Part shown: one piece after another, positions 46,962 to 56,480 of the stretch | Numbering within the stretch: the first letter of the stretch is position 1 | Layout of the letters: every line of letters begins with the position of its first letter | From: Gemmatimonadaceae bacterium | GTDB lineage: Bacteria; Gemmatimonadota; Gemmatimonadetes; Gemmatimonadales; Gemmatimonadaceae | Direction: 5' to 3' | Assembly (NCBI GenBank): GCA_041499635.1 | Contig: JBGQKT010000001.1 | Span: 2,195-66,194, forward strand | Length of the DNA stretch: 64,000 nucleotides | The notes under the pieces: model-generated | Seen by the model: the letters and a program-made list of their open reading frames with translations, nothing else | What the model was told of the DNA's origin: nothing | The model's database searches: none | Program-made: the position numbers and the translations under genes

Positions 46962-48252
46962 GACCTTCCGGCTGAATAACGGATTGTTCGTGACTCTTTC
47001 TGAAGACCGAACAGCCCCAATCGTTGCCGTGAATCTGTGGTACCACGTTGGTTCTGCTAATGAGAGAGTGGGAAGAACTGGTTTTGCTCACCTGTTCGAG
47101 CACATGCTGTTCCAGGGGTCAGAGCACGTGGGATCCAACGAACACTTCGAGTTCATTCAACGTGCCGGCGGCACACTCAATGGATCGACGTGGCTGGAGC
47201 GGACTAATTACTACGAAACCGTTCCATCGAACCAACTTGCTCTTGCACTATGGCTGGAAGCGGATCGAATGGGATACCTGCTGCCTGCAATGACGCAAGA
47301 CAAGCTCGATAATCAGCGCGACGTTGTGAAGAATGAGCGGCGCTGGTCCATAGACAACCAGCCTTATGGGACGTGGATGGAGCGATTATCGGCGCTGACG
47401 TTTCCTGGGTCGCACCCGTTTCATCACTCCTTAATCGGGTCGATGGAGGATTTATCGGCCGCATCTCTCGACGACATAAAAGAATTCTTTGCCTCCTTCT
47501 ATACGCCGGATAATGCGGTGCTGTCGATTGCAGGTGATTTTGACCCTGCTGAGGCGAAGCAACTCGTTGAGCAATACTTCGGTGCAATTCCCCGCGGTAA
47601 AAACAGGCCATCACTTGCCAAAATGGATTTACCGGAAACGTTCGGTGAAGCTTTGCGAGTCGTCGTAGAAGACGACGTTGCGTTGCCTCGACTGTACGTT
47701 GCGTTCAGGTCGCCAATTTTTGGAAGCGACTCCTACTATGTGGCAAGCGTTGTTGGCGCAATTCTTGGGATGCGTCGCGGAAGCCGGCTTCATCGATCAC
47801 TGGTTCGAGAGCGTCAGATTGCTGCAGATGCGACCGCGTTCACTTTTGATCTGGCGAAGGGAAGTGATCTCCTCGTCGCTGATGTCGTTGGCCGGCCGGA
47901 AACAACGCCTGAGAAACTGGAACAGGAAGTAAATCGCGAGATAGATCTACTGATGACCAACGGCGCGACGCAGGAAGAAGTCGATAGAGCAGTTGCTCTC
48001 ATCGAAACTGACATGATCACTGCGATGCAGTCCGCGAGTGAACGGGCTGATCGGCTTTCAATGTTCGCGACTTTTTTTGGCGATCCGAAGCTGATAAACG
48101 AGCAATCTGACAAATACCGATCAGTGACACTCGCGCAGGTGAATGAGTTTGCGCGAATGAAACTTGGCGTTAACAACAGAGCGAGCCTGCTGTTTGTGCC
48201 GAAGGCTGAAAGAGCGGGTGAGGTTGAAAATGTCGAGCCTGCTGCAGCATGA
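46939..48252 (+). CDS. M16 peptidase, catalytic subunit (no signal peptide)
   Basis: WYHVGSANE, GFAHLFEHMLF (HxxEH), NGSTWLERTNYYE, VVKNERR. Confidence 0.92.
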   Translation: MIMQIPIETFRLNNGLFVTLSEDRTAPIVAVNLWYHVGSANERVGRTGFAHLFEHMLFQGSEHVGSNEHFEFIQRAGGTLNGSTWLERTNYYETVPSNQLALALWLEADRMGYLLPAMTQDKLDNQRDVVKNERRWSIDNQPYGTWMERLSALTFPGSHPFHHSLIGSMEDLSAASLDDIKEFFASFYTPDNAVLSIAGDFDPAEAKQLVEQYFGAIPRGKNRPSLAKMDLPETFGEALRVVVEDDVALPRLYVAFRSPIFGSDSYYVASVVGAILGMRRGSRLHRSLVRERQIAADATAFTFDLAKGSDLLVADVVGRPETTPEKLEQEVNREIDLLMTNGATQEEVDRAVALIETDMITAMQSASERADRLSMFATFFGDPKLINEQSDKYRSVTLAQVNEFARMKLGVNNRASLLFVPKAERAGEVENVEPAAA

Positions 48253-49607
48253 CGGTCGCATCTCGTCCATTACCGGCGCAGGCACGGGAATATCATTTTC
48301 CTCAGTTTTCGCGCCACACCCTCGAGAACGGCTTACGAATAATCGTCGCTCCGGTTCGAAAACTTCCGGTTGTTACCGTGTTGGCAGTCGTGGACGCAGG
48401 TGCGAACAGAGACAAGAACGGAATCGAAGGGCTAGCTCAGCTGACAGCAGAGATGCTGCGAGAAGGCACTGAGAAGCACAACGGGATAGAAATCCTCGAA
48501 GGGTTTGAAAGGCTCGGATCGTCAATCGAGACTGGTGCCGATTGGGACAGCACCATGGTAAGCATGACCCTTTTGCGAGATCATCTCATGACGGGGCTTC
48601 CTCTGTTCGCTGAGGTTCTCAGGACTCCTTCCTTTCCCTCACACGAAGTCGAGCGACTCAAAGCTGAGCGCCTCGCAGAACGTCTACAGATTCTGTCAGA
48701 GCCGAGAGGGTTAGCGGATGAAGCATTCTCGAGATTTCTGTACGCCTCCGGATCGCGCTATGCTGAACCGATCGGTGGAACAGGGAAATCCATCTCGGCG
48801 ATAACGCGCGATAATGTGATCGAGTTCTTCAGCTCGTTCTACGTCCCGACGTCGGCGACCATCATCATCGTTGGGGACGTAGATGAAGGTGAGGCGTTGG
48901 ATTTGGTGCGTGATGCTTTAGGGCAGTGGCATGGCGCGGCAGCGCCGGCAGTCGATTCAACTGCTACGGAGCACAGAGCCGGCCGCGCATTGGAAATAGT
49001 TGATAAGTCAGATGCAGCCCAGTCAGAGCTGCGTCTTGGACACGCGGGCATTCCCAGGTCGCACCCCGATTACTTCAAGGTTGTGATAATGAATGCGTTG
49101 TTGGGCGGGCTTTTTTCCTCCCGAATCAACCTCAACCTCAGGGAACGACACGGCTATACGTATGGAGCGTCGTCGTATTTTGACTGGCGACGCGCGCCGG
49201 GACCATTCGTTATCTCCACGGCAGTTCAGAGTGAGGTTTCAGCCGAAGCCATTCGGGAAACGCTCATCGAGATTGACGGGATGAGAAACAAGGAAGTTCC
49301 TGCTGATGAGCTCTCTCTAGCGACGAATTATTTGGAGGGAGTTTTTCCAATTCGGTATGAGACAACATCGGCCATCGCGTCGGCACTTGCCAACATCGTG
49401 ATCTTCAACCTGCGAGAAGATTTCTACGACACGTATCGTGACAATATCCACGCTGTAACTCCAAAAGACGTATTGGTCGCAGCGCAAGTGCACGTCCATC
49501 CAGAAAGGCTTTTAGGGGTCGTCGTTGGCGATCCGACTATTGTCAACAATCCCTTGGAATCACTGGGATTTGGCCCGGTTTCTCATCGGTTGCCAGCTGA
49601 CGCGTGA
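48249..49607 (+). CDS. M16 peptidase, non-catalytic partner
   Basis: LENGLRI, GLAQLTAEMLREGT (HxxEH lost), LGGLFSSRINLNLRERHGYTYG. Confidence 0.9.
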   Translation: MTVASRPLPAQAREYHFPQFSRHTLENGLRIIVAPVRKLPVVTVLAVVDAGANRDKNGIEGLAQLTAEMLREGTEKHNGIEILEGFERLGSSIETGADWDSTMVSMTLLRDHLMTGLPLFAEVLRTPSFPSHEVERLKAERLAERLQILSEPRGLADEAFSRFLYASGSRYAEPIGGTGKSISAITRDNVIEFFSSFYVPTSATIIIVGDVDEGEALDLVRDALGQWHGAAAPAVDSTATEHRAGRALEIVDKSDAAQSELRLGHAGIPRSHPDYFKVVIMNALLGGLFSSRINLNLRERHGYTYGASSYFDWRRAPGPFVISTAVQSEVSAEAIRETLIEIDGMRNKEVPADELSLATNYLEGVFPIRYETTSAIASALANIVIFNLREDFYDTYRDNIHAVTPKDVLVAAQVHVHPERLLGVVVGDPTIVNNPLESLGFGPVSHRLPADA

Positions 49608-50173
49608 TGGAGGATTCGAGCGAGACATTGTCGGCTCCCGGTAGAATTTCCTCGAGGTGCGTTTACTCCGGTAAAGTCATATCAGTTGATCTCGACGAGG
49701 TACGATTTCCCGGCGGTACAACCGGGGAGCTGGAAATAGTCAGGCACTCAGGCGCGAGTGCGGTGGTCCCATTGCTAGACATCGCGAAAGGACCACAGGT
49801 AGTTCTCGTGAGACAATATCGATATGCAGCAAGCGGGTACGTCTACGAGGTCCCGGCGGGTCGGCTTGACCCCAATGAGACCCCAGAATCGTGTGCGTCG
49901 AGGGAGCTCAAGGAAGAGACAGGATACTCGGCTGCCGTATTACGGAAACTCACGACGATTTATACGACTCCCGGGTTCACCGACGAGAGAATTCACATTT
50001 TCCTGGCGGAGCAACTAACTCCCGGAGAGTCGGCGCACGAGCCCGACGAATTCCTGGAGCTGTACCCGGTCTCTCTTTTGGAGGCGGTGGAGATGGTGAG
50101 GGCAGGCAAGATCGTCGATGCGAAGACTTGCGTTGCGCTTCTGCTGACGGAGCTAATGCTAAGCTCGAGGTAA
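49604..50173 (+). CDS. NUDIX hydrolase (ADP-ribose pyrophosphatase type)
   Basis: Nudix box GRLDPNETPESCASRELKEETG, VRQYRY, TPGFTDE, DAKT. Confidence 0.92.
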   Translation: MMEDSSETLSAPGRISSRCVYSGKVISVDLDEVRFPGGTTGELEIVRHSGASAVVPLLDIAKGPQVVLVRQYRYAASGYVYEVPAGRLDPNETPESCASRELKEETGYSAAVLRKLTTIYTTPGFTDERIHIFLAEQLTPGESAHEPDEFLELYPVSLLEAVEMVRAGKIVDAKTCVALLLTELMLSSR

Positions 50174-50427
50174 ACCAAAACGCCAGCACAGGCACACCAA
50201 TAAACGTATATGTGGTGGGTCGGCTGTCTTGAATTGAGGACAGCGTGCTGGGCCGTATAAGGACAGCGGCCAACGCCTTACCAGCTAAACTGTTGTTAAA
50301 TCGAGACTTATGAGATGCCTGGGAGCGGGCATATCCTCTGCATTTCAGAGCTACGCAGGACTTCTACACCGAGAGGCGTAGTCAGGTTCTAGTGTGGTCA
50401 GAGTCTTATCTTTTTCGGGAAGGATTC

Positions 50428-51066
50428 ATGAGAAGCATTGCTCGTAAACAAGAAGTTCCGAATCAAGGAGCGAGCGTAAGGGAACGACTGCGAGCGATGG
50501 ACGACTCAGCGGTTGTGACGGCGTTCCTTGGTGGTGAGGAAAGGGCGTTTTCAGAGCTCGTTGAACGATATCAGACGCGCCTGTTGAACTTTATCTATCG
50601 TACCATTGGCGACCGTGAGAAAGCTGAAGATCTCGTACAAGAGGTGTTCATCCGCGTGTATCGCCACTTGCATCGCTTTGACCGCTCGAAGAAATTTTCG
50701 ACCTGGGCATATACTATCGCGTCCAACCTGGCGAAGAACGAGCTACGAAACCGTTCGCGGAACCCGCTAGTGCTGATGCAGGCGGTCCAGAAAAACTGGC
50801 AGGATGATGATCGGCCGCTGCAGTTTGAGGACACTACCTCGAGGCCTGACGACATGTACCGGAAGCGACACCTCCGGGAGATTGTCGAGGAATCAGTGGC
50901 AAAGCTGCCCGAACATCACAGACACGTCTTTGTGTTGCGGGAGCTGGAGGGGAAATCGTACGAAGAGATCGCAGAGATCACAGACTGCAACCTCGGTACG
51001 GTCAAATCGCGGCTGAACAGGGCGAGGAATTCGTTCGCGGAGATTGTTGCGCCCTACATGGAATAA
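50428..51066 (+). CDS. ECF RNA polymerase sigma factor
   Basis: AEDLVQEVF, FSTWAYTIASN region 2; SYEEIAEITDCNLGTVKSRLNRAR region 4. Confidence 0.95.
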   Translation: MRSIARKQEVPNQGASVRERLRAMDDSAVVTAFLGGEERAFSELVERYQTRLLNFIYRTIGDREKAEDLVQEVFIRVYRHLHRFDRSKKFSTWAYTIASNLAKNELRNRSRNPLVLMQAVQKNWQDDDRPLQFEDTTSRPDDMYRKRHLREIVEESVAKLPEHHRHVFVLRELEGKSYEEIAEITDCNLGTVKSRLNRARNSFAEIVAPYME

Positions 51067-51134
51067 GGGTTATAAAATTCGGGAACCAGTGTCCATCAGG
51101 TGGGTACTGGTACCCGGACCCCGAACCCCTCCAC

Positions 51135-51662
51135 ATGGATTGCCGCGAGTTTCAGGAAAATCATTTTGCGTTCATTGACGACACACTCTCAGGGATAGAG
51201 CTCGTCGGCATGCAGCGCCACATCGCGGAATGTGAGAACTGCGCCAAACATGATGCAACGGTTCGGCGATCCCTCCTGCTATTTCGAAACCTGCCACGGA
51301 TCGAGCCCTCCGCTCAATTCTCCGAGCGCCTGAACGACCGACTTCGCGCATTGAGAGAAAGCGAGACTTCTTCTGCGTTTCATCATTCCGGAAAATTCGC
51401 TGCTGCTGTTGCGGTTGCAAGCGTGGTAATGCTTGGATACATCGGAAGCTCGTTGAGGGAGGTCGATACACCGCGTGACATTGTTTTTCCGCCGGTAGTT
51501 GCCAGTGTTCCGGAATCGGAAGCGGTGCCGCTCACTATGCCAGCGCCGGCGCTCGTCGCCTCTGCAGCGGCAGGATTACCCATCTGGACGGCGGCTCTCT
51601 ATGCCGAGCGACAGCCGCTTCATTTCGCAACGGCTGACCTGCAACTAGCCAGCAGTCACTAA
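51135..51662 (+). CDS. Zinc-binding anti-sigma factor (ZAS) with one TM helix
   Basis: MDC...HIAECENC (HxxxCxxC); TM AAAVAVASVVMLGYIG; directly after the ECF sigma. Confidence 0.9.
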   Translation: MDCREFQENHFAFIDDTLSGIELVGMQRHIAECENCAKHDATVRRSLLLFRNLPRIEPSAQFSERLNDRLRALRESETSSAFHHSGKFAAAVAVASVVMLGYIGSSLREVDTPRDIVFPPVVASVPESEAVPLTMPAPALVASAAAGLPIWTAALYAERQPLHFATADLQLASSH

Positions 51663-51663
51663 G

Positions 51664-51691
51664 ACCCCGGCAGCCCAGCCCGGGGTTTTTT
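51664..51691 (+). terminator. Intrinsic terminator after the anti-sigma gene
   Basis: CCCCGGC-AGCCCA-GCCGGGG-TTTTTTT. Confidence 0.9.
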
Positions 51692-51704
51692 CTATATTTG
51701 CAGG

Positions 51705-52763
51705 ATGCCCGGCGACGCCGCAAAAGCCCTTGTCCAAATTCTCAAGAGAAAATCACTCGATGGGGCTTATTACATCTGTGGTGACGACGAGTTTCAGAAA
51801 GAAGGCGCGACAAAAAAGCTGATTGCAGCCGGTCTCGATCCGACTGTACGTGACTTCAATTTGGACATACTTGGCGGCTCCGACGTCGACCCGAAATCAT
51901 TCGATGGAATTGTGTCGTCGTTGCCGATGATGTCAGATCGCCGTGTGGTCGTGATCAAGGATGTTGGTGGGTTGAGAAAGGAGGCGAGAAAGACGGTGCT
52001 GAGCTTTCTTGGAAAACCTTCATCGTCAGTAATGTTGTTGCTCGTAGAATCTGCTGGCGGAAAGAAGGACAACGATTTTGCAAACGCGACAACCCTGCTC
52101 GAGTTCATGCCACTAACTCCTGAGGAAGTTCCTGGCTGGATCAGTCACTGGGTTTCACGCGAGCTAAACCTCGAGATCTCAGTTGGTGCTGCTGAGCTAC
52201 TGCACAGTGCAGTTGGAAACGATCTGCATCAAATGGTGATGGAGCTCGATAAGCTCGCGAGCTTCACGGGAAATCGCATGATCACCGAAGATGCAGTAAC
52301 CGCTGTGGTGGGAGTACGTCGCGGTGAGACGATGATCGATCTTCTCGACGCAATTGGCCGCCGCGATGTAAAAGGCTCACTGGATTTGCTTGGTCACGTG
52401 CTGGCACAGCCCAAGACAACCGGCGTGCAGGTTGTAATGTTACTCGCCACTCAGACGGTTGCTCTTGCGTGGGGAAGAGCGAAGTTGGATGAAGGTGTAG
52501 CAGCGGGACGTCTGCAGGGTGAGTACTTCAGCCTGCTGAGACAATCCGGTTCGGCATACACTGGGCGGCCATGGGGAACGGCGGCAGCTGCCTGGGCTTC
52601 GGCAACCCATGCGTGGGATCGCGAATCGCTCGAACGTGCGTTCGGTGCACTGCTCACCGCCGATGTAGCGCTCAAGGAAACGAGATTGTCCTCCGAGGAA
52701 CAGATATTAACCACGCTCATTCTGGCATTATGTGCCGAGGATGAGCACAAGATTGCCGCATAG
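51705..52763 (+). CDS. holA: DNA polymerase III delta subunit
   Basis: YYICGDDEF, DFNLD, SLPMMSDRRVVVIK, GNDLHQMVMELDKLASF, AD..LK. Confidence 0.9.
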   Translation: MPGDAAKALVQILKRKSLDGAYYICGDDEFQKEGATKKLIAAGLDPTVRDFNLDILGGSDVDPKSFDGIVSSLPMMSDRRVVVIKDVGGLRKEARKTVLSFLGKPSSSVMLLLVESAGGKKDNDFANATTLLEFMPLTPEEVPGWISHWVSRELNLEISVGAAELLHSAVGNDLHQMVMELDKLASFTGNRMITEDAVTAVVGVRRGETMIDLLDAIGRRDVKGSLDLLGHVLAQPKTTGVQVVMLLATQTVALAWGRAKLDEGVAAGRLQGEYFSLLRQSGSAYTGRPWGTAAAAWASATHAWDRESLERAFGALLTADVALKETRLSSEEQILTTLILALCAEDEHKIAA

Positions 52764-52779
52764 CAGCAGGGGTGAAGAG

Positions 52780-53817
52780 ATGTTGAGGAAGTGGATGACG
52801 GTGGTGTGTCTCGCGATTCCAGCGATCACCAATGCACAGAGCAGCTCCGACAGTGCTGCATTCAAGAGGGCTCAATCGCTCGTCAACGATGGAAATGCTG
52901 TAACGGGCAGGGCGATTGTCGACTCTGTGATTGCGCGAAGCACGCCCGGAACGAACGCGCACGCCGAAGGCCTTTACTGGCGAGCAATCCTTTCAGCAAC
53001 AGCGGCAGATGCCGAGATGGACTACAGGAGAATAATCGTCGACTATCCTCTTTCGCCTCGAGTAGAGGATGTACTCCTACGATTGGCGCAGTTGGAACTT
53101 GCGAGAGCGGACTATGACGGAGCGCTGCAGCACCTCAACAGGCTGACGCTTGAACATCCGACTGGGGCGACGAGAGCGCGCGCGGGTTACTGGACCGCGA
53201 GAGTTCTATTCGAGAAGAACGATGCCCCCAGAGCCTGCGCAGCGAATGCAGATGCGCTCGCGCGCACAAGCCCGGATGACACCGAGCTGCGAAATCAAAT
53301 CTCGTATCTGAATCAGCGGTGTGTGGGAGTGGCATTGCCAACAGCTACCGTGACACCGCCTGCGGTGACACCTGTGGCTACGCCGGTGACGACTACGCCA
53401 GCGGCAACCACGCCAGTGACGACAACTGTAGCGCCGACAATTTCCGGGAATGATTCGACTCGACGCGCGAATCAGACGACAAAATCGGATACGACTACTG
53501 TGAAATCCGCACCAGCTTCGCCGAAACCGCTGATGAAATTGCCGTCGTCGCCGGCAGACGGAAAGCCGACGATGGTGATGGGCGGAATATCAGGAAGCGG
53601 TGAGTATTCCGTTCAAATCGCCGCATACAATGTGAAGTCACAAGCCGACGCGATGGCTACAAAGCTCAAAAAGAAGGGCTACGAAGCGCGTGTATCGGGA
53701 AGCAGCGCTCCGTTTCGAGTTCGCATTGGGCACTACGCAACGGAAGCGCAAGCAAGTGCTGTGATGCGTTCGCTCAAAGCGAAGCAGATCAGCGGATTCG
53801 TAGTGAAGGCTGAATAG
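52780..53817 (+). CDS. Periplasmic TPR plus SPOR-domain protein
   Basis: Signal peptide, TPR-like helices (YPLSPRVEDVLLRLA), Thr/Pro linker, C-terminal YSVQIAAY...RVRIGHY. Confidence 0.88.
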   Translation: MLRKWMTVVCLAIPAITNAQSSSDSAAFKRAQSLVNDGNAVTGRAIVDSVIARSTPGTNAHAEGLYWRAILSATAADAEMDYRRIIVDYPLSPRVEDVLLRLAQLELARADYDGALQHLNRLTLEHPTGATRARAGYWTARVLFEKNDAPRACAANADALARTSPDDTELRNQISYLNQRCVGVALPTATVTPPAVTPVATPVTTTPAATTPVTTTVAPTISGNDSTRRANQTTKSDTTTVKSAPASPKPLMKLPSSPADGKPTMVMGGISGSGEYSVQIAAYNVKSQADAMATKLKKKGYEARVSGSSAPFRVRIGHYATEAQASAVMRSLKAKQISGFVVKAE

Positions 53818-53819
53818 CC

Positions 53820-56471
53820 GTGAGTCGAGCTTCATCGACTCCGTTGATGCAGCAATACCGGGAGATCAAAGCCCGGCACCAGGACGCAATTCTTTTTTTT
53901 CGGATGGGTGAGTTCTACGAGATGTTCTACGAGGATGCAGAAGTAGCATCTCGTGCGCTCGGGCTGACTCTCACTTCAAGAAACAATGGTGGGTCCGCGG
54001 ATGTACCGCTCGCAGGGGTGCCGGTAAAAGCAGCGGGTGAGTACTTGCGCCGGTTGATACAGCAAGGGTTCAAAGTCTCGATTTGCGAGCAGACAGAAGA
54101 TCCGCGATTTGCCAAGGGAGTCGTTCGCAGAGAAGTCATCGAGACCGTTACTCCAGGCGCCGCGTATGCGGACGACATGCTCGACGGCTCACGAAATAAT
54201 TTTCTGTGCGCGGTCAATTCCTCAGGCGCGATAGTTGGCATTGCTGCGGCAGATGTCTCGACAGGTGAATTCAGGCTGATCATCGCTCCTCGAGACGATC
54301 TCGATGCAGTGCTGTCGCGACTGACTCCTCGGGAAATACTTGTTCCGCGCGAGACGAATCCAGAATCGCTCAGTTATCGCGGCAACGGCGGCGGTGCTCT
54401 TGTAACAGAGCGCGAATCATGGGAGTTCGACGCGAATCTCGCAGCGACAGAGTTGGCGCGTCACTTCGGAATAACATCAATAGAAGGAATGGGGATCGGT
54501 GATGCCGATGCACCGGCACTCGCTGCTGCCGGAGCGCTCATGCGGTACCTGCATGAGCTGCAGCCTGGTGGAATTCCGCATCTGACGAGACCCAAAGTCG
54601 AGCGGCCAGGTGGAACAATGCCGCTCGATGAGATGACCCGCCGAAATCTCGAGCTCGTCGAGTCTTTGCGTGGAAGCGAAGAGGGTGGAACTCTCATTGG
54701 AGTTCTGGATCGAACGCTTACGCCCATGGGCGCGCGGCTTCTTCGACAGTGGCTTCTCGCGCCCCTGACGGAGAAAATCGAGATAGAGAAACGGCTCGAC
54801 GTGGTAGCGGCGTTTGCCGCAAGCGCGATTGGACGAGAAGCCTTGAGGAGCGCGCTTGACGGAGTGCGAGATATCGAACGCCTCTCGAGCAAAAGCGCAT
54901 CAGGCCGAGCAAACCCCAGAGAATTGAAAGCCCTTGGTGATTCGATCGCGCGATTGCCGAATGTAAAAGACGCAGTGATGCAAGTCGTCGCTGGAAAGAA
55001 CGGCGCAAAATCAAATCCGTTATCAGCGCTGCTCGATCGATGGGATAATTGTGAAGATCTCGGGGATGACGTTGCGCGGACCCTCGTCGAGCGACCTCCC
55101 GTCACGCCCGGTGATGAACCGAGCATTCGCACTGGCGTCGACAACGAGCTGGACGAGTGGCGCACGCTGCGAGATGGCGGCAAGGACGCAATCGCGCGAA
55201 TCCAAATGGACGAGAGAGCGCGCACCGGAATCAATTCGCTCAAGGTTGGCTACAATCGCGTGTTCGGGTACTTCATCGAGATCACTCGCAGTCATGTGCA
55301 CCTCGTTCCTGCCGATTATCAGCGACGTCAGACGCTGACAGGTGCAGAGCGTTATGTGACACCGGCGCTCAAGGAATTCGAGGAGAAAGTCCTCACAGCT
55401 GCAGAACGCATTGAAGATCGTGAGAGAGACCTGTTCGAGGCACTTCGCCGACGAATTGGTGGTGAGATCGTGCGCCTCCAATGCGTTGGCCGATTAACGG
55501 CAGAACTGGATGTGCTGTCAGCGCTGGCAGAAGTCGCTGAGCGCGAGGGCTACGTACGACCTGAGATCACTGACGATTTCAGTCTCGAGATCACTGCGGG
55601 ACGACATCCCGTGGTAGAGCGAATGATGCAGCGAGAGAAGTTCATCCCGAATGATGTCAGGCTGACGGAAGATTCGAGGATGATCATCCTCACTGGTCCG
55701 AACATGGCTGGGAAATCGACGATTCTGCGACAGATAGGATTGATTGTGCTGATGGCCCAGATTGGGAGTTTTGTTCCGGCAGCTCGAGCCAAAATCGGGA
55801 TAGTGGACAGGCTGTTCACTCGTGTAGGTGCGAGCGACAATCTGGTGCGGGGTCAGTCGACTTTTATGGTGGAAATGTCGGAGACAAGTGCGATCCTCCA
55901 TACGGCGACCAGAAAAAGTCTTGTGTTACTGGATGAGATTGGTCGTGGGACATCAACGTACGATGGTGTCTCGATCGCGTGGTCGGTCAGCGAGCATCTG
56001 CACGACAAGGTAGGGTGCAAGACCGTGTTTGCGACGCACTACCATGAGCTCACGCAATTGCCAGATGAATTAGTATCAGCTTGCAACTATAGCGTTGAGG
56101 TTCGAGAGGTCGATGGCCGGGTCTTATTCCTGCACCGGCTGGTTCCGGGCGGTGCCGACCGGTCATATGGCATCGAGGTTGGTCGGCTCGCGGGATTGCC
56201 AGAGGACGTATTGCAACGCGCGCGATCTCTTCTCGCTCTTTTCGAAGGTGAGCAGATCGTATCTGCGCTAAGTCGGAGAGGCGAGAGAAACCCTGATGGA
56301 GCGAACACAAAAAAAAGGGAACAGGCAACGAGTGTCGATCAACTCGCTTTGTTCGGGCCAATGCTTCATCCGATAATCGACGAGCTCAAACATCTCGACC
56401 CCAACGAAATGACGCCGATGGACGCGCTGAAGCTTTTGAATCGCCTCGTTGACCGCGTAAAGCAGGGCTAG
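53820..56471 (+). CDS. mutS: DNA mismatch repair protein MutS
   Basis: TPLMQQY, FFRMGEFYE, TGPNMAGKST, STFMVEM, DEIGRGTST, FATHYHEL, SYGIEV. Confidence 0.98.
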   Translation: MSRASSTPLMQQYREIKARHQDAILFFRMGEFYEMFYEDAEVASRALGLTLTSRNNGGSADVPLAGVPVKAAGEYLRRLIQQGFKVSICEQTEDPRFAKGVVRREVIETVTPGAAYADDMLDGSRNNFLCAVNSSGAIVGIAAADVSTGEFRLIIAPRDDLDAVLSRLTPREILVPRETNPESLSYRGNGGGALVTERESWEFDANLAATELARHFGITSIEGMGIGDADAPALAAAGALMRYLHELQPGGIPHLTRPKVERPGGTMPLDEMTRRNLELVESLRGSEEGGTLIGVLDRTLTPMGARLLRQWLLAPLTEKIEIEKRLDVVAAFAASAIGREALRSALDGVRDIERLSSKSASGRANPRELKALGDSIARLPNVKDAVMQVVAGKNGAKSNPLSALLDRWDNCEDLGDDVARTLVERPPVTPGDEPSIRTGVDNELDEWRTLRDGGKDAIARIQMDERARTGINSLKVGYNRVFGYFIEITRSHVHLVPADYQRRQTLTGAERYVTPALKEFEEKVLTAAERIEDRERDLFEALRRRIGGEIVRLQCVGRLTAELDVLSALAEVAEREGYVRPEITDDFSLEITAGRHPVVERMMQREKFIPNDVRLTEDSRMIILTGPNMAGKSTILRQIGLIVLMAQIGSFVPAARAKIGIVDRLFTRVGASDNLVRGQSTFMVEMSETSAILHTATRKSLVLLDEIGRGTSTYDGVSIAWSVSEHLHDKVGCKTVFATHYHELTQLPDELVSACNYSVEVREVDGRVLFLHRLVPGGADRSYGIEVGRLAGLPEDVLQRARSLLALFEGEQIVSALSRRGERNPDGANTKKREQATSVDQLALFGPMLHPIIDELKHLDPNEMTPMDALKLLNRLVDRVKQG

Positions 56472-56480
56472 ATTAACGCG

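Noticed and set aside
50185-50270. c-di-GMP-I (GEMM) riboswitch in the ECF leader
   Set aside because: GCACAGGCACACC resembles the GEMM start, but the GNRA tetraloop and GCAAAGC junction are missing; kept only as a generic structured leader.
53340-53430. Short repeats (GTGACACC, GTGACGAC) in the SPOR gene as a possible array
   Set aside because: They are in-frame codons of a Thr/Pro/Val linker, with no repeat-spacer structure.
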